Assembly (NCBI GenBank): GCA_043813955.1
Contig: JBDRKN010000020.1
Span: 685 to 64,684, forward strand
Length of the DNA: 64,000 nucleotides
Source: a bacterium
Lineage (GTDB): Bacteria > Patescibacteriota > Patescibacteriia > Patescibacteriales > Patescibacteriaceae
Direction of reading: 5' to 3'
This document shows, piece after piece, positions 63,194-64,000 of the stretch. Under the pieces are notes generated by a model. The model did no database searches, was not told the DNA's origin, and worked only from the letters and a program-made list of their open reading frames with translations. Every line of letters begins with the position of its first letter. The stretch's first letter is position 1. A program made the position numbers and the translations under genes.

Positions 63194-63898
63194 TTAATTT
63201 GCTAAAAATTCTTTTGCTTTATCTAAATCTTGCCGAAAATTGCTTACGTTAGTAAAAACTGAATCAGATGATTTTAAATAAGAAATAAACTTGGAAAAAT
63301 TTTCAATATTCATAGAAAATAAATGGATATATTCCTGAAATATATCCATTGTATTATCTGGAAGCTCCCTCTCATACTCGTATTTATCTGAAACACGAAA
63401 TTCTCTATTACATTTATCTAACTCCCTCTCAAGCTTCTTTAAAAAATGTTCATATACTTGTACATCTATTTTGTTTTTTTCTTTTAACTTTAGATATGAT
63501 GTTGCCATAAAAGCATAATTAAATACCTCTGCTTTATGGCCTCCATTAAAAATTTTTCCATCTCTTTTGTTATGAATAATCGGATTTAAAAAAGCATGAT
63601 GGGTTTCATGAAATAAACATCCCCACAAATTTTTCGGATATTCTCTTTGAATATTTCTATTGTAGATTCCCATTTTAACGATATGGTAATTGCCTTCAAC
63701 TCTATATGATGCGCTACCTGTCGAATCGTCTAATTTTATATTTATTTGATCATAATCCCATACTTGACCAAAAATTTCTTCAATGATTGGAAAAGCAACC
63801 TCATCAATACAATCAAGGTATTCTTTCAGTTTTTTCACCGCTTCAGTATGCTCTGAAAATTCCGCTATATTTTCAATAATATAGTGTTTTGTTTGCAT
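63194..63898 (-). CDS. Hypothetical protein with HExxH motif (putative zinc metallopeptidase)
   Basis: LFHETHHAF at about aa 96-104; no further family assignment. The start is only 38 nt from the 3' end of tRNA-Gln. Confidence 0.5.
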   Translation of the reverse strand: MQTKHYIIENIAEFSEHTEAVKKLKEYLDCIDEVAFPIIEEIFGQVWDYDQINIKLDDSTGSASYRVEGNYHIVKMGIYNRNIQREYPKNLWGCLFHETHHAFLNPIIHNKRDGKIFNGGHKAEVFNYAFMATSYLKLKEKNKIDVQVYEHFLKKLERELDKCNREFRVSDKYEYERELPDNTMDIFQEYIHLFSMNIENFSKFISYLKSSDSVFTNVSNFRQDLDKAKEFLAN

Positions 63899-63936
63899 AA
63901 AATTTTATTTTGATATTTTAATTTGTATCTTATGTG

Positions 63937-64000
63937 CTCGGGGACAGGGATTTGAACCCCGATTCTCAGGACCAGAACCTGATGTCCTACCATTAGACGA
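63937..64000 (-). tRNA. tRNA-Gln (anticodon CUG), 5' ~8 nt cut off by the window end; no encoded CCA
   Basis: Reverse complement: TCGTCTAATGGTAGGACATCAGGTTCTGGTCCTGAGAATCGGGGTTCAAATCCCTGTCCCCGAG. D arm GTCT/GGAC, anticodon stem TCAGG/CCTGA with loop TTCTGGT, T arm CGGGG-TTCAAAT-CCCTG. Confidence 0.8.

Overview
This is an AT-rich, gene-dense 64-kb window that looks like it comes from a small-genome bacterium. A short AlaRS, tRNAs without encoded CCA, DUF4012/glycosyltransferase envelope loci and many small orphan genes fit a Patescibacteria/CPR-like organism, but that assignment is inference only. Recognisable core genes are murF (partial), plsY, fmt-def, clpB, gltX, serS, lysS, greA, alaS, tgt and typA. 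There is also a ribosomal/RNAP block (infA-rpmJ-rpsM-rpsK-rpsD-rpoA-rplQ-rplM-rpsI), an M23 peptidase, an FtsQ-like protein, a Xer-type recombinase, rubrerythrin, an IMPase, cspA and two tRNAs (Glu-CUC; Gln-CUG, truncated by the window edge). Two envelope-polysaccharide loci are present: 26.7-31.8 kb (Wzy-like, DUF192, GT2, GT4, Wzx) and 39.7-51.1 kb (surface protein, DUF4012, 2x GT4, Wzy-like, lipoprotein, beta-rich secreted protein, Wzz). Accessory content includes two HicAB pairs, a RelE/ParE pair whose antitoxin ORF is missing from the ORF track, and an HTH-Panacea (DUF4065) gene with a downstream toxin candidate. There is also one complete IS (rve-type transposase, 53-54-bp terminal inverted repeats, 17-bp target duplication). 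Three domain fusions or variants stand out: LysRS-HD, GT26-Nudix and a ClpP-like protein. The most unusual region is 56.6-63.9 kb, next to tRNA-Gln. Six copies of a conserved 22-23-nt box plus hairpin module occur there, four of them arranged as two large imperfect palindromes embedded in two ~310-330-nt GC-rich paralogous elements. These modules delimit single, unrelated minus-strand genes (an NYN RNase, a 92-aa orphan, an HExxH protein). I cannot assign these elements to a known RNA or mobile-element family. They look like a cassette-array or mini-transposon-like system, or a new structured RNA.
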